A stretch of DNA of 64,000 nt, from NCBI GenBank assembly GCA_965112735.1, contig OZ218961.1:2480001-2544000 (forward strand), written 5' to 3'. Position numbers and translations under genes: made by a program. Positions within the stretch are counted from its first letter, which is position 1, and each line of letters starts with the position of its first letter. Source of the DNA: Phaeosaccion multiseriatum (Eukaryota; Protista; Ochrophyta, other classes). The notes under the pieces were generated by a model. It did not search any database. It was not told where the DNA came from and saw only the letters and a list, made by a program, of their open reading frames with translations. Positions 33,661-47,429 of this stretch are shown piece after piece.

Positions 33661-35330
33661 CTGTAGTGCATCCACTGCCATCCAGTGCTCTCCAGGGCCA
33701 TCCATTGCCATCCAGGGCCATACACTGCCATCACCGTCGCTGGTTCGGTCCTTCACGCACTTCACCTGCCTGCCCTGCCCCAAGTGCCTCGTCCGGCTGT
33801 ATTGTAACGGTTTGTAACGGTGCTGCAGTGAGGCAGCCTGGTCCGGAAAGGGAAGGAGGAAGGACGGTGGCGATGAAGGGGATCCGGGCGGGGGGGGGGG
33901 GTGGATTATTTAATTAATGCACTCAGCCACATATATCTGCGACGATTCGCTGATGGAGAGGGGAAACCGCAGGTTATTCGGGCAGGCTTTAAGACTATAC
34001 AATAGCCTCACTCGCACTATTTATACTTTCCTTTTTTTTATATAAACTCTGTAGAGATGCCCCTTCTTTTCTTTCGTGTATACGAATACTTATGTACTGC
34101 ACTGTAACAAAACTAAAAACAATCATAGCACAATAAGAATAGAAAGAAGTCGCTTATTGGCATCACACCCCTGCGATACAACGAAAAGAAGACATCTCAG
34201 ACCTTTCGCCATTGCTGGCCTAACTAGCGTAGTAGCGGTGTGTCTGGCTGGGCCGCTTCCAAGACAAAAAGCAAGAGCCAGCAGCGATGCTTCCAAGACA
34301 AAAAGCAAGAGCATCGATGAGCAGCGATGGAAGGAAGCCTTGAGAGAGTGAGACCATCAAGGAGACGAGGCAGCCCAACCTAAACTTTGTCACCGAGTCT
34401 GCTGCCGCGACGGCTTTCAAACATTGTGCGTGTGTGCGTGCGCGGCTCCCCCAAAGCCTTGTGGCACGTCTCAACGCCGGCCACCAGCACTGCCTGTGCT
34501 TACACCCGAGGCGAGGAGAGTAGAGTAGTGTATAGTCCCCACTTCGATAAGAGACAAGGCACCGCATTGCCATCTGTCCTTAGTCGTCTCCATCTTCACA
34601 GAGTAACGACTTGAGGACCTACACGCCCAATTTGTTGATGTGTGTGTTTGTGTGAGTATGTATATAAATATATACCCGCAGAGTAGGGGCTGCGCTGGCT
34701 TCTCAACTATCACTCTATACCCTATACCCTGCCTGCCATCACCGCCAGGCAACGCGCCCATTCAAGCAGCGAGCTAGGCCAGGCCACCTATCTCTGTCAA
34801 TGAGCTGCATTGTTGCATTGGCCGCCGCCGACCGACTCCCACACAGCTCTCTCTCTCTCTATATATATATATGGTTGCTCTGCTTCATCCAGCACAGTTA
34901 CAGTCACTTCTCACGACTTCCTCCCGCACCTCCCTCACCAGACTAGATGGATTAGATCAGCTCACATCACAAGAAATAAAAGACATCAGAGGACCTGGGC
35001 TCTCGGCCAAGAGCGATCCAGTCAGTCGGTCAGTCGGTCAGTCGGTCAGTCAGTCAGTCAGTTAGTCAGTCAGGGGGAAGTGCCCGTTGCAGTTGTTTCA
35101 CTTTCGACGCTGCAGAGAGAGGAAAAGACACGAGAGTCAGAGACACAAGAAAAAATGCCCTCCTCCCTCCCTCCGCCCCTCCTGCTCAAAAGCGCTGCAG
35201 GTACAAGACGTTACATGGCAGTTCCATTGCAGTTACATGCCAGTTACATGCCAGTTACATGCCAGCTCGCCCTGTCAATCTGTCTCTCTCGCTCTCCTTT
35301 CCTCTCCCTCCCGCTTTGTTGGGTGCCCAA

Positions 35331-38300
35331 CTAGAAGAGCGGGTACACTTTGGACGAGTTGAGAATGGCGCATTTCTCGTCTGGAGAGAAGAGACGTATA
35401 CACGCACAAGAGGAGGGGAATGAAAGAGAAGAGAGGGGATAGGAAGGAGGAGGAGGAGGAGGAGGAGGAGGAGGAGGAGGAGGAGGAGGAGGAGGAGAAG
35501 GAGGGGGAGAAGGAGGGGGAGAAGGAGGGGGAGGAAGGCAGGGAGGGAGGAAGAGAGACGGAGGATGGGAGAGGGAGGGTGTGTGGGTGGGTGGGAGGGA
35601 GGGAAGGAGGGAGGAAGGAAGGGAGGGAGGGAGGGGGAGGGAGGGAGGGAGGGAGGGAGGGAGGGGGGGAGGGAGGGAGGGAGAGAGGGAAGGAGGGAGG
35701 GAGGGAGGAAGGAAGGGAGGGAGGGAGGGGGAGAGAGGGAGGGAGGGAGGGACGGAGAGGGAGGGAGGGAGGGAGGAAGGGAGGGAGGGAGGGAGGGAGG
35801 GAGGGAGGGAGGGAGGGAGGGAGGGAGGGAGGGAGGGAGGGAGGGAGGGAGGGAGGGAGGGAGAGAGGGAGGGAGGGAAGGAAGGAGGGAGGGAGGGAGG
35901 GAGGGAGGCGAGCGTGCGTCAGGAGAAGAGCAGTTAGTACGGCACAGGCCGTGAGAACGAGGACGAGATGGCCCCTACGAAGCGACCACTCAGGTGAGAG
36001 ACCGACAAGTCCCACTCACCGTACTCCACGAGGTGGGTCCAGCCGAGCTCCTTGTAGAGCTTGGCACGGGCTGTGAGGACCTTGGCCTTGGGCATGACCT
36101 GTTGGTGATACAGGGCGGGAGAGAGGGAAGGAGGGACGGAGGGAGGGGGACGGAGGGAGGGAGAGGGGGAGAGGGGGAGAGAGATCAGAGAGACAGAGGG
36201 AGAGGGGGAGGGGGGGGGGGAGGGAGGAAGGGCGGGAGGGAGGAGGGTGCGCCTGCATTTATGCCTGCCCTCACACCTGCCCCTTCGCCTGGCCTGCCCA
36301 TGTGACTGACCTTAAAGTTCTGAGTGCTGAGGAGCTTGGCCAGGAGCTTGAGGGCGGCCCCTTTCCTGCCCTCCCTGAGGCAATTCTGCAGCGTCAAGGG
36401 AGCAAATTTCTCATCCTTGCCCTCGTCCCACTTGAGCAGCTGGTTATACGCAGTCGCAAAGTCCGCAGTAGCAACAGTTGGTGATCCGGCAGCACCAGCA
36501 GTCGGCGACAGAGCCGCTGCCGCTGCTGCTGTACCACCAACTGCTGCCCCTCCTCCATCAGGAGCCTTCTCCTCCTCCTTGGCCTTGGGCTTGACAGCGT
36601 TGCCGTTCTCCAAGTCGCAGAGGGCCCGAGCCCTTCGGGACAAGGTATCCACCAGCTGCTCCTTCCTCTTGGTCATCTCTTTGTGTCGTTTGGCCCTCTC
36701 CGGGTCATCAGCATCTGCCTCTGTCTGGTGCATCCCAAAGTGCATTGCGAGCTCTGACTGGTCGATGAGGGCGAGGATGGCGTCTGCTGCTTCCACGACT
36801 TGTTCGAGTTGGCTCAACCGCTTCTCCTCGCAGTCGCGGTGGTGCAGCATGGACTGTGTGTGATGGAGCAGTTGGTGATACAGGAGGAGGAGGAGGAGGA
36901 GGAGGAGGAGGAGGCAGAGGTACGCAAAGGTAGGGTGTGATACACTGCAGGGTAAGAGATAAGATTCTAATGGTAAAACAGCAAAGGAAGGACAACAAAT
37001 AAAGGACAAATGCCAATGCCAATGCCCTCATGTCAAACCACGCACGCGCTCACGCACCTGCAGCAGGGGGATGTATTCGTCTCCGTACTCGGCCTTGACA
37101 CCCTCGTACAGCTCCGCAAAGCTCTCCTTGCCCACATGCGAAGATGCCAACTTGTTGACCTGGAGGGAGGGAGGGAGGGAGGGAGAGGGGGGGGGGGAGG
37201 GATGGCAGTGAATGGCAAGCAGAATGGCAATGGGTGGATGAAAAATGGGAGTGAGGATGGCAGTGGATGGGACGCCCTAATCGTTCCCGTCGCGTACCTT
37301 GTAGTCGCGCACCTCCTCCGTGAACTTCTCGAGCTCCGTACGCGTGTCTGCAGGGTCGGCCTTCTGCTCTCCGCGAGGGAGTGAGAGAGAGTGAGAGAGA
37401 GTGTGTGTGTGAGTGAGAGTGAGTGAGAGAGAGAGAGTGAGTGAGTAATTGAGAGTGAGTGAGTGAGTGAGTGAGTGAGTGAGTGAGTGAGTGAGTGAGT
37501 GAGTGAGTGAGTGAGTGAGTGAGTGAGTGAGTGAGTGAGTGAGTGAGTGAGTGAGTGAGTAAGCGAGTGAGTGAATAGGTAATTCGATTAGTTATTGAGT
37601 GAGTATTTGTGAAAGAAAAAAAAAACTGTGAAAAAGAGCGACAACAGAAAAGAGAACAAAAAGCGAAAAAAAAAAAAAAAAAAAAAAGAGGTGAACACAG
37701 TAAGCGGGAAAAAAAGAAAGAACCAAGGCTTGCAGCAAACAAGCAAGGGTCGCCAAGCACAAAGCACACACACCTTCTTGCCCTTGGTGGAGTCATCCTT
37801 CTTGGGGGAGGAGGGAGGGCGGGGACCGACTGTGTACAGCACTGGGAAGCCTCCCGGTCGCTTGCCGTCTCCAGGGGCGGAGGCTTTGGGCTTCTCGAAG
37901 AACGCCTTTCCTTCCAGTACGTCGCCAATCTGTGAGAGGAGGGCGGAGGAGCGAGTTGGTGATACATAGCAGGGAGGTGGGTGGGTGGGTGGGTGGGTGG
38001 GTGGGTGGGTGGGTGGGTTGGATTGGACGGGACGGGTGAGCGAGGGTATTTTTTGAATGGAAGCCCACTCATACCCACGCATGTCCCTCACCCACCCACT
38101 CACTCACTCACTCACTCACTCACTCACTCACTTACTCACTCCCTCACTCACTCCCTCACTCATTCGCTCACCCACCCACTCACCCACTCATCACTCACTC
38201 ACTTACTCACTATCTCACGCACACACACGCACTCACTCACTCACTCACTCACTCACTCACTCACCTGCACCCCCTTGGGAAGTTTGGCGTACTTGGGCTC

Positions 38301-41141
38301 AGCGAAGAAGCACGCCACGCTGCTGCCCTCCCTATTACGTATGGGCACATAATCCGTACGTAAAAGGGACACATACAGAATCCATACGCAATAAGGGAAC
38401 ACACGAACATCAGCGTCAGGTTGGAGGCTAAATACATACATACATACATACATACATATACATACATACATGCATGTATACATACATACATACATACATA
38501 CGTAAGGGAGCCTACCTCATGTACACGGAGCTGAAAGCGGCCCCTCCCTTGGCCCGTGCCTCCATGGACGAATAGCAGGGAAGGGGCACCTCCTTACTAG
38601 ACTTGAGCTGCCTCTCCAGCAGTAAGGGCATGTCTTTCAGGCCCTCCAGCAGAGAGGCCTTGGTGTGGCGCACCTGGATGCGTACCGTATGGTCACCCTT
38701 GCCGTGTTTGATACCCTCGGTAAAGGCGTCTTTGCAACCCAACAGCCGTTTGCTGCCATCCAAAAGCATGGCCATTTGCGCTCCGAAAGCACTCTCGTAC
38801 AGGTACTCTTGCACGGCAGGGAACCGCAGCGTCACCTCCCCTGCCTCGGCAGCTGTGAAACTGTACTCGAGCACCAACTGGTACAGTTGACGACCGTCGG
38901 GAAGCACATCACGGGCTCCGAGGGGGGACACCAGAGAGCCGGAGGCGTTGGTGGGGGAGGGGGAGATCTTCTGCTGCCATCTAGACAGAGAGGCCGAGGG
39001 AGACACCTCCTCGGGGCATTTCTGTGCATGCAACAGCGAGGGACGGAGGTGGTGGTGTTGTTGCGTGTGTTAAGAGGATGAGGGGGTTGGGATAACCTCC
39101 TTACCTATACCCGTATCTTAAACGTTTACCCCCCCTCTCCTTCTCTCCCTCTCCCTCTTCCCCTTCCCCGTGCTCTGCATTCTCCCCCTTCCCCCGCCCC
39201 TATCCTTGTCATTACGTGTACGTTACGCTTCATTACATGTACGTTACGCTTCATCACATGTACATTCATGTACGTTACGCTTCATTACATGTACGTTACG
39301 CTTCATCACATGTACATTCCTGTACGTTACGCTTGATTCCATGTACGTGACGCTTACCTTGCTGTCTATAATGACCTTGGCCTGCCTACATCCCCCGTGC
39401 ATTGCGACAATGTTGGGAGTGGGGCTTACCCCCCTCCACTTGAGATCGACTCCGATGGTCGTGCTGCCCTGTGTGTGCATGCAGTTGGGCAGGACATTGA
39501 AGTCAGTGATTGAATCAAGCGGGTCACAAATGGATCATCACAACGCGTCACGTAGGTCAACAACGGAGAAGATGCACAAGGCACAGTCAATAAAAGACAC
39601 ACGTCACCACCAAAGTTTACATACGTAGCTTTCGTACGGAGAAAGGAGACGGAGTTTCACTAACATATACATACATATACATAAACACATAAATCAATCA
39701 ATCGAGTAGTCCTTTTTTAACCCAAAAACCCACCTGTGCGCTCCAGAACTGCGAGATGCAGAGCTCGACAGTAGAAGGACCCTCCACCCGTACGCTGTGT
39801 ACCTGACTCTGCCCAGGCAGCAGCCGAACGTACGCATCCTTCTCCACCTCTCTGTAAGGGGTATGTGGGAGGAGCTGAAGGGCGTGGAGCACCATGAGGC
39901 GTTGGGTACCATCCACTGCCACTTGGGCCTTGTCCGTGCCATACGCTGCCATCCAGGGGAGGGGAGAGAGAAGGGGAGAGGAGAGGGTAGAGGGAGAGAG
40001 GGGAGGAGAGGTAGGCGATAACACGAGCGCAGGAAGTGAGGGAGGGAGGGAGGGAGGGAGGGAGGGAGGGAGGGAGGGAGGGAGGGAGGGAGGGAGGGAG
40101 GGAGGGAGGGAGGCGACAGAGAGAGAGAGAGGGGTGATACATCGGGCCTTACCATCCTTTGCCATCGGGCGGAGGTCCGTGAGGGTAACGTCGAGCCACT
40201 GGCTGCCGTCGGGGGGGGTCAGGAAGTGGCGGTATGTGTTTCCGGGCCCGAAGGTGAGCTCGCCCAAGGAACACGACGCCGCAGCGGAGGCGGCTGCTCA
40301 ACGCATGTGGATTAGGGGGGGGGGGAGGGGAGGAGGAGGGGAGGAGGAGGGGAATATGTATTGACTTGTGAGAGAGGAGGAGGGGAAGAGAGAAGCCAGA
40401 GACGACCGGGGGGGGGGGGAGGGAGGAAGAAAACACAAACAAAACAAAACAAAACAAAAAAACAAATAAAAAAAAATACCACTCAACCCTTCTACTCCTT
40501 CCACGGTACCAGCGTACTTGCTTCAAGGGGTTAGGACTTGACCGCTACTTGCTACAGTGGACGGGCGGTGAGGCCTATTCAGCAAAAAAAAAGGGATGAA
40601 AAAATGCAGCGCTCCTACTCCGCGCGAAAAAGGAGAATTTGGGCCCTTTTTCCCCGGGAGGAGGCCCATTCAGGGGCACTAGAAAAAAAGCCCATATACC
40701 CTTCCGTGGAAAACTGGCACTGGCAACTAATCTCAATATTTTCTCGAGACCCCCTCACCATCTCCCCATCATTTCCTTGACGGGAAGAGCGCAGAGGATG
40801 ACCCCAATTTGTGGCGAGTTCTGTCGCCACTCCCTCCCCTCCCTCCACTTCATGAGACTCCCACACACTCATCCCTCCCCCGCCTCTGCCTCGTTCTCCA
40901 CACACAAGAAAAACACCCATACAAATGTGGTCTCGTTAAGTGCCATCTCTGTGACTGACCTTGCGGTGGCGGAGACGAAGAAGACGCTTCGGTGGGAGAC
41001 AATGTGTACGTGTTGGCTGTCTGCAGGGGGCGGACAGCGACGATGGGCACCTCGAACAGAGGTCCGGAGCCGGGGGGGGCAGCCAGATCGAAGCCACGCA
41101 CCAGCGACCTGAGAGAGGGAGGGAGGGAGGGAGGGGATAGG

Positions 41142-41186
<45 letters not shown>

Positions 41187-42774
41187 ACAGAGAAAGAGAG
41201 AGAGAAAGAGAGAAGTAGGGAGAGAGTGGGAACGAGAGAGAGACGAGAGAGAGAAACAGAACGGAAAAATAGTGAGATAGAGAGAGAAGAGAGAGTAAGA
41301 AACAAAGAGAAAGAAGAACGAAAAAGAAAGAGAGAGAGAAGAGAAATGATACCACAGAGAGACAAGACACGTACATGTGTACCCCGGGGGGCAGAGCCGT
41401 CGGATCCACCTCCACTTCAAAAGACCGGCCGTTGTTCATGAGGCAAAGGTCGGAAGGGCAGACCACCCAAGTCGACTTGGCAGGCTCACCCGAGGCCAGC
41501 CTCAACTCGTTACCACCACTACCACCACTACTACTGCGCGAGCTGCTGCTGCCACCGGTGTTGGTGTTGTTGTTGGTCCTACTTGAGGGGCCTCCTCCTT
41601 TGCTTCCTCCCTGGGCCGTGAGGTCCTGGCAAGTAAGGCGCATCCGAACTTCGAACTCGACTTTCTCGGCGTTGGTGGCGTCGTCGGAGAACCGGGGGTT
41701 GACGGTTACGGAATGGCGGGACACATGCGACACGGAGGCTTCTTGACGCAAGTATATGCCTCTGCGGCCGCCGCTCACGCTCACCTGATTGGGTTGGATT
41801 GTTTTCGGTTGCAGTGCTTTGGTTCAAAATGGGTTGTGCTGATTGATTGGATTCGATGATGAGTCGCCTCTCTCTTCCCCTCCCCTCCCCTCCTTTCCCC
41901 TCCTCTCCCCTCCTTTCCTCTCCCCTCCCCTTCCCCTTCCCCTCCTCTACCCTCCCCTTCCCTTTTCCCTTCCCCTCCTCTCCTCTCCCTTTTCCCTTTC
42001 CCTTCCCCTTCCCCTTCCCCTCCCCCTTCCCTTTCCGTGGCTTCGCTGCTGAAGCAGTGCCTTTCCCTTCCCCTCCTTCCCCTCCCCTTCCTCTCCCCTT
42101 CCTCTCCCCTCAACCCACCCCCACCCTCACCTCGTATATAATGTCCTCCTCGGGTCTGCTTTGGTGTGCCTGCAGGTAGTCCCACGCCGCCAGCACTTGC
42201 ACCATACCATGCCCTTGCACCAGCTGTTGGGGATGGATGGCAATTCATGGCAGTAGGTGGATGGTAGTGGACGGCAGAGGATGGTAGGGGATGGATGGTA
42301 GTGAATGGCAGTGGATGGTAGCGGATGGATGGCAGTGGATGGGTGGCACGGGATGGGTGACAGTGGATGGATGGCAGTGGATGGGTGCGGGACAGGAGGG
42401 TCAGAGGAAGGCGCCACCAGCTCTGCTTCACAACACGGCACTATCCACCACCGCCACCACTACACCCTCTCTCCCAAGTGTGTGTGTGTGTGCGTGTGTA
42501 TGTGCGTGCGTGTGTGTGCCTCTCCCTATCTCCATCCCTGTCTGTGTGCGTGCGTGTGCGTGTGTGTGTGTCTACGTGTGCGTCACTCTGTGCGTGTGTG
42601 CCGTCTCTGTGTGTGTGGGGGGGAGGGGGGGGGAAGTTGCATCCCTCGGCTCTTACCGGCTCCACGTCAGCAAGCACAGCAGCGGTGTTCTCAACGGCCC
42701 GACGGAGTCGCTGGGGGATGCAGCTGCTGCGGGCCATGCGGCTCTCAGCTTCAGAGGACCCTGCTGTCGGGGTG

Positions 42775-42809
<35 letters not shown>

Positions 42810-43733
42810 AGGGGGGGGGGGGGGGAAGGGCAGGGTGAGAGGGGAGAGAGGGCATAGATACAGACATACATACTCGGTGTCAGCGCCCAACTCTCTTTCT
42901 CTCCTCGCTCTCTCCACTAACCTTCATCGTCCCCCTCCTCTGCCTTGGCTCGAGCCTGCTCCGCCTTGGCCTTTCTTGTGGCCTTGAGGGCGGACAGGAG
43001 CAGACTGAGGCACCCGCACGCATTAGGGCTGGACATGGACGTCCCGTTCATCAACTTGGGAGGGGGGGAATAGAGGAATGTGGGAAGGTCGAGAGGGAAC
43101 TTAGAGGCATATGGGGATATCGGGAAGGGGACTAAAGATAAAAGATATATAGGGGGAGGTCCGAAGGTGATTAAAAGCATACGGGTATGACCGGAAGGTG
43201 AATAGAGGCATATGGGAAAGGTTGGGAGGAAAATTAGAGGCATACGAGGATACCGGGAAGGTGACTGAAGACATATAGGGGGAGGTCCGAAGATGATTAA
43301 AAGCATACGGGTATGTCCGGAAGGTGAATAGAGGCATATGGGAAAGGTTGGGAGGGAAAATGAGAGGCACATGGGGACATCCATGTCCTGTTCAGAAACT
43401 TGTGAGGGGCGGGGAGGGGGAGTAAGGGCACACTCATCTCCCCACATCACACACCGCCACCCTCTGTCCCACCACCCTCCCTCCCCTCCCATCCTCTCCA
43501 ATGCTATACACTGCCATCCACTGCCTCGACTGCAATCCACTGCCATCCACTGCCATCCACTGCCATCCCCCCCTCCCCCCTCACCTGGCTCTTCTGCAGT
43601 GTCCAGTTAGGGACGCATGTGATGGCGCCCCCCGGGGCCATTATCGACACTCCCCATTCCCCATCCGCAGCGGGGCCCACGCTGCTCCACGTGTAGTTGT
43701 CTGGCAAGGAGGGAGGGAGGGAGGGAGATGTGC

Positions 43734-43767
<34 letters not shown>

Positions 43768-46700
43768 GCGGAGTGGGAGGGGGAGATAAGATACAGAAAA
43801 ATACAGCCGCGCAGCAAAGCAAGCAAGGGAAGGAAAGGAAAGGAAAGGAAAGGAAAGGAAAAGGAAAGGAAACGTCACTCACTCCCTCCTCACTCACTCA
43901 CTCACTCACCGATCCTCTGGCTGCTGCTGGGGCTTACCCCCTCTGCCTCCGCCCCCACCCCTGAAGCCGCGCTCACCGCTGCTGCTGTCGAGGTGTCGTC
44001 TCCCTCCTCTCCTCCTCCCCCTCCTCCTCCTCCTCCTCCTCCTCCTCCCACCACCTCTTCCTCTGCTTTTCGCCCTCCATCCGCCACAGCAGCAGCAGCC
44101 GCAGTAGCAGTTGGTGGTACGGTGGCAGCTGTGGATGACGATGATGCGTCGGAAGCATCTCTCATGCTGTAGGCTGCCTTCGCCATGGCAGCTGTCACGC
44201 ACGCACCCACACTGATGAGAGCGCTGGTGGTGCCGCCCGGGGTGCCTACGGTGCTGATGGCCGGCCCGTTGTTGCCTGCACTGGCCACAAAGACAATGCC
44301 ATGCTTATACACTACTTCCTCCGCCAGCTCGATGAAGTGACCGCTGCAGCAGTTGGTGATGTTTGTGGTGGGGAGGCAAGAAGAAGGGGGAGGAGGAGGA
44401 GGAGGAGGAGGAGGAGGAGGAGGAGGAGGAGGAGGAGGAGGAGGAGGAGGGGGGAGGAGGAGGAGGGGGAGGAGAGGGAAGAGGGAAGGATCGAGAGTTG
44501 ATGGGGCGAGTGAGCGAATTAAGTACGTACGTAAGTAAGGATTGAGTTAAAAAAGAGGGGGTAGGTAAGCGCCTGCACAGTATCCGACGTGTGTGTGGCG
44601 AGGGGGGGGGGGAGAAGTCACTCCCTCCCTCCCTCCACTCCCTCCCTCCCTCCCTCCCTCCCTCCCTCCCTCCCTCCCTCCTCCCTCCTTCCCTCCCTCC
44701 CCTCCCCTCCGTCCCTCCCTCCCTCCCTCCCTCCCTCCCTCCTCCCTCCTCCCCTCCCTCCCTCCCTCCCTCCCTCCCTCCCTCCCTCCCTCCCTCCTCC
44801 CTCCTTCCCTCCTCCCTCCCCTTCCTCCCTCCTTCCCTCCCCTCCCTCCCCTCCTTCCCTCCCTCCCTCGCTCCTCCCTCCCTCCTTCCCTCCCTCCTCC
44901 CTCCCTCCTTCCCTCCCTTCCCTCCCTCCCCTCCTTCCCTCCCTCCCTCCCTCCCCCCCCCACCCACCTGTTGCACAAAGCCGCCGCCTCTCCGTAGCTC
45001 ATATTAATGATATCAACCTTCTGTCGAACCGCCTCAATCAATGCTCTCGTCAAGCCTGGGCCCGTCTCCATGGAGCCCAAGCGGTGATCCCCAATCTTTA
45101 GTGACACGATTTGGGCACCCGGAGCAACCCCATTGTACTCCGGAGCCTCAGGGTGGTGGGCAGATACAATCCCAGCGACGTGGGTGCCGTGTGCGCCTGG
45201 TGTGTGTGTGGGGTGGGGAGGGAAGGGAGGGAGGGTGGTGGCGGAGGGTGGAGGGAGGGAGGGAGGGAGGGAGGGAGGGAATGACTGACTGACAACACGT
45301 ACTGACTGAGTGATTGACTGAGTGGCTGACAGACTGACTGACACCAGGTACTGACTGACTGACACCAGGTACTGACTGACTGACTGACCGACACCAGGTA
45401 CTGACTGACACCAGGTACTGACTGACTGACTGACTGACTGACACCAGGCACTGACTGACACCAGGTACTGACTGACTGACATCAGGTACTGACTGACTGA
45501 CTGACTGACTAACACCAGGTATTGACTGACTGACACCAGGCACTGACTGACACCAGGCACTGACTGACACCAGGTACTGACTGACTGACATCAGGTACTG
45601 ACTGACTGACTGACTGACTAACACCAGGTACTGATTGACTGACACCAGGCACTGACTGACTGACACCAGGTATTGACTGACTGACTGACTGACTGACACC
45701 AGGCACTGACTGACTGACACCAGGCACGCACTGACTGACTGACTGACTGACACCAGGTATTGACTGACCCCAGGCACTGACTCACTGACACCAGGTACTG
45801 ACTGACTGACACCAGGTATTGACTGACTGACACCAGGCACTGACTGACTGACACCAGGTATTGACTGACTGACTGACTGACTGACTGACTGACTGACTGA
45901 CTGACTGACTGACACCAGGTATTGACTGCCTCCATACCTGCGTCGGTGACGATGCTCAACACTTCCCCCTGTGGACACAACACAACAAGGGCCGCGATTA
46001 CAATGGAGGGGGGGTGTTAATATGTTCATTATATATATATATATATATGCTCGTGTGAGAGGCAGAGAGAGGCATGCAAGCGGACGCCCCCCCACCCCAC
46101 CCTCCTCCTCCTCCTCCTCCTCCTCCTCCTCCTCCTCCTCCTCCCTCCTCCTCCCCCCCCCCCCGCCTCTCATCCCCGCCCCCATCCCTCCATCCCCGCC
46201 AACCCCTCCTTTTCCTCTTCTTCATCCTCCTCCTCCTCCTCCTCCTCCTCCTCCTCCTCCTCTTTCCTCCTCACCTCTTCGTAGATGTGCACCCCGAAGT
46301 TAAGGTTATCAAGCTTAGTCAGGGGCCTGTACTGCCTCTGCAGGTCGAAGTCACACATTGCCTCACATTCAGAGAGGTCGCCGCTCTCTTGGGTATCCAC
46401 AGCCGCCCACCAGGTACCCAATTTCTGGGGAGTGGAGAGGGGAGAAGGGAGGGACGGACGGACGGACGGAGGGAGGTAGGGGAGGGATGAGGAATAGTGT
46501 GGACAAAAGTAGTCACAGGAATGCCTCTCCTCTCCTCTCCCTCTCATTCTATGTACCCCCTCCTCCCGCCCCCCCTTCCCCCCCTCTCTTTGTGTCTTCT
46601 GTCTTACCTTCTTCTTTGTCTTCTTGGTCACATCCTTCTCCCCGTCCTTCTCCTCCTTCTCCGTCCCCTCCTCTCCCTTCTCTTCGTCCTCCCCGTCCGC

Positions 46701-47378
46701 ATCCCCCCCTCCTTCCGACGACCCCACCGCCGCCGCCGTCGCCGCCGCCGATGCTTCCTCCTTCAGCCCCTCCACTACCACCTCGCCCTCCTCTCCGTCG
46801 TTCCACACCACACAGTCAAAGATATACCCTGGGTCGGTATAGTCCTTCGCCGCCTGCTGAAGTTGCGCCAAACGCTCCTCAAGATCAGTAGTGATCTTCT
46901 TGTGCTCTCTCACCGCCAGAGCCTCCCTCGCCGCCGCTGATACCTTGTCGGTAGCAGCAGCAGCAGCAGCAGCAGTTGGTGATACACTCTGAATAGAGAC
47001 CTGTACATCGCTAGTGGCAGTTACAGCCCCCTTGGCGGCCTCAGCATCAGCATCAGCCTCTGCCGACGAAGAAGAAGCAGCCACCACGGAAGAATCAGTA
47101 GAAGGAGAAGCACCAACTCCAATGGCGGTGGCGGTGGCGGTGGTGGTGGTGGCAGCGGTGGGGTCCTTACTCCTGTGAGCTGCGAGGGTCCGCTGTAGCT
47201 CGGCTTCCGTGCGAAGGTGGACCTTGTTCCACTCCTTGCGCCTCTCCTTCTTGACTCGGGCGGGGAGGCGAGAAGGGTACAGTGCATAAGCCTCTTTCAA
47301 GCCCACACGCCACTCGCCACTGGGGTTGTTCCTGGGGTTGGAGGCGGGGTGGAGGGGAGAGGGAGGGGGAGGGGAGGG

Positions 47379-47429
<51 letters not shown>

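Noticed and set aside
33661-35330. A hidden gene or ncRNA in the largest intergenic gap, including a 24-bp direct repeat at about 34255 and 34289
   Set aside because: The short ORFs show no recognisable motif or convincing exon chain, and no tRNA/snRNA fold was recognised. Most likely convergent 3' UTRs, though an Rfam search would be needed to exclude an ncRNA.
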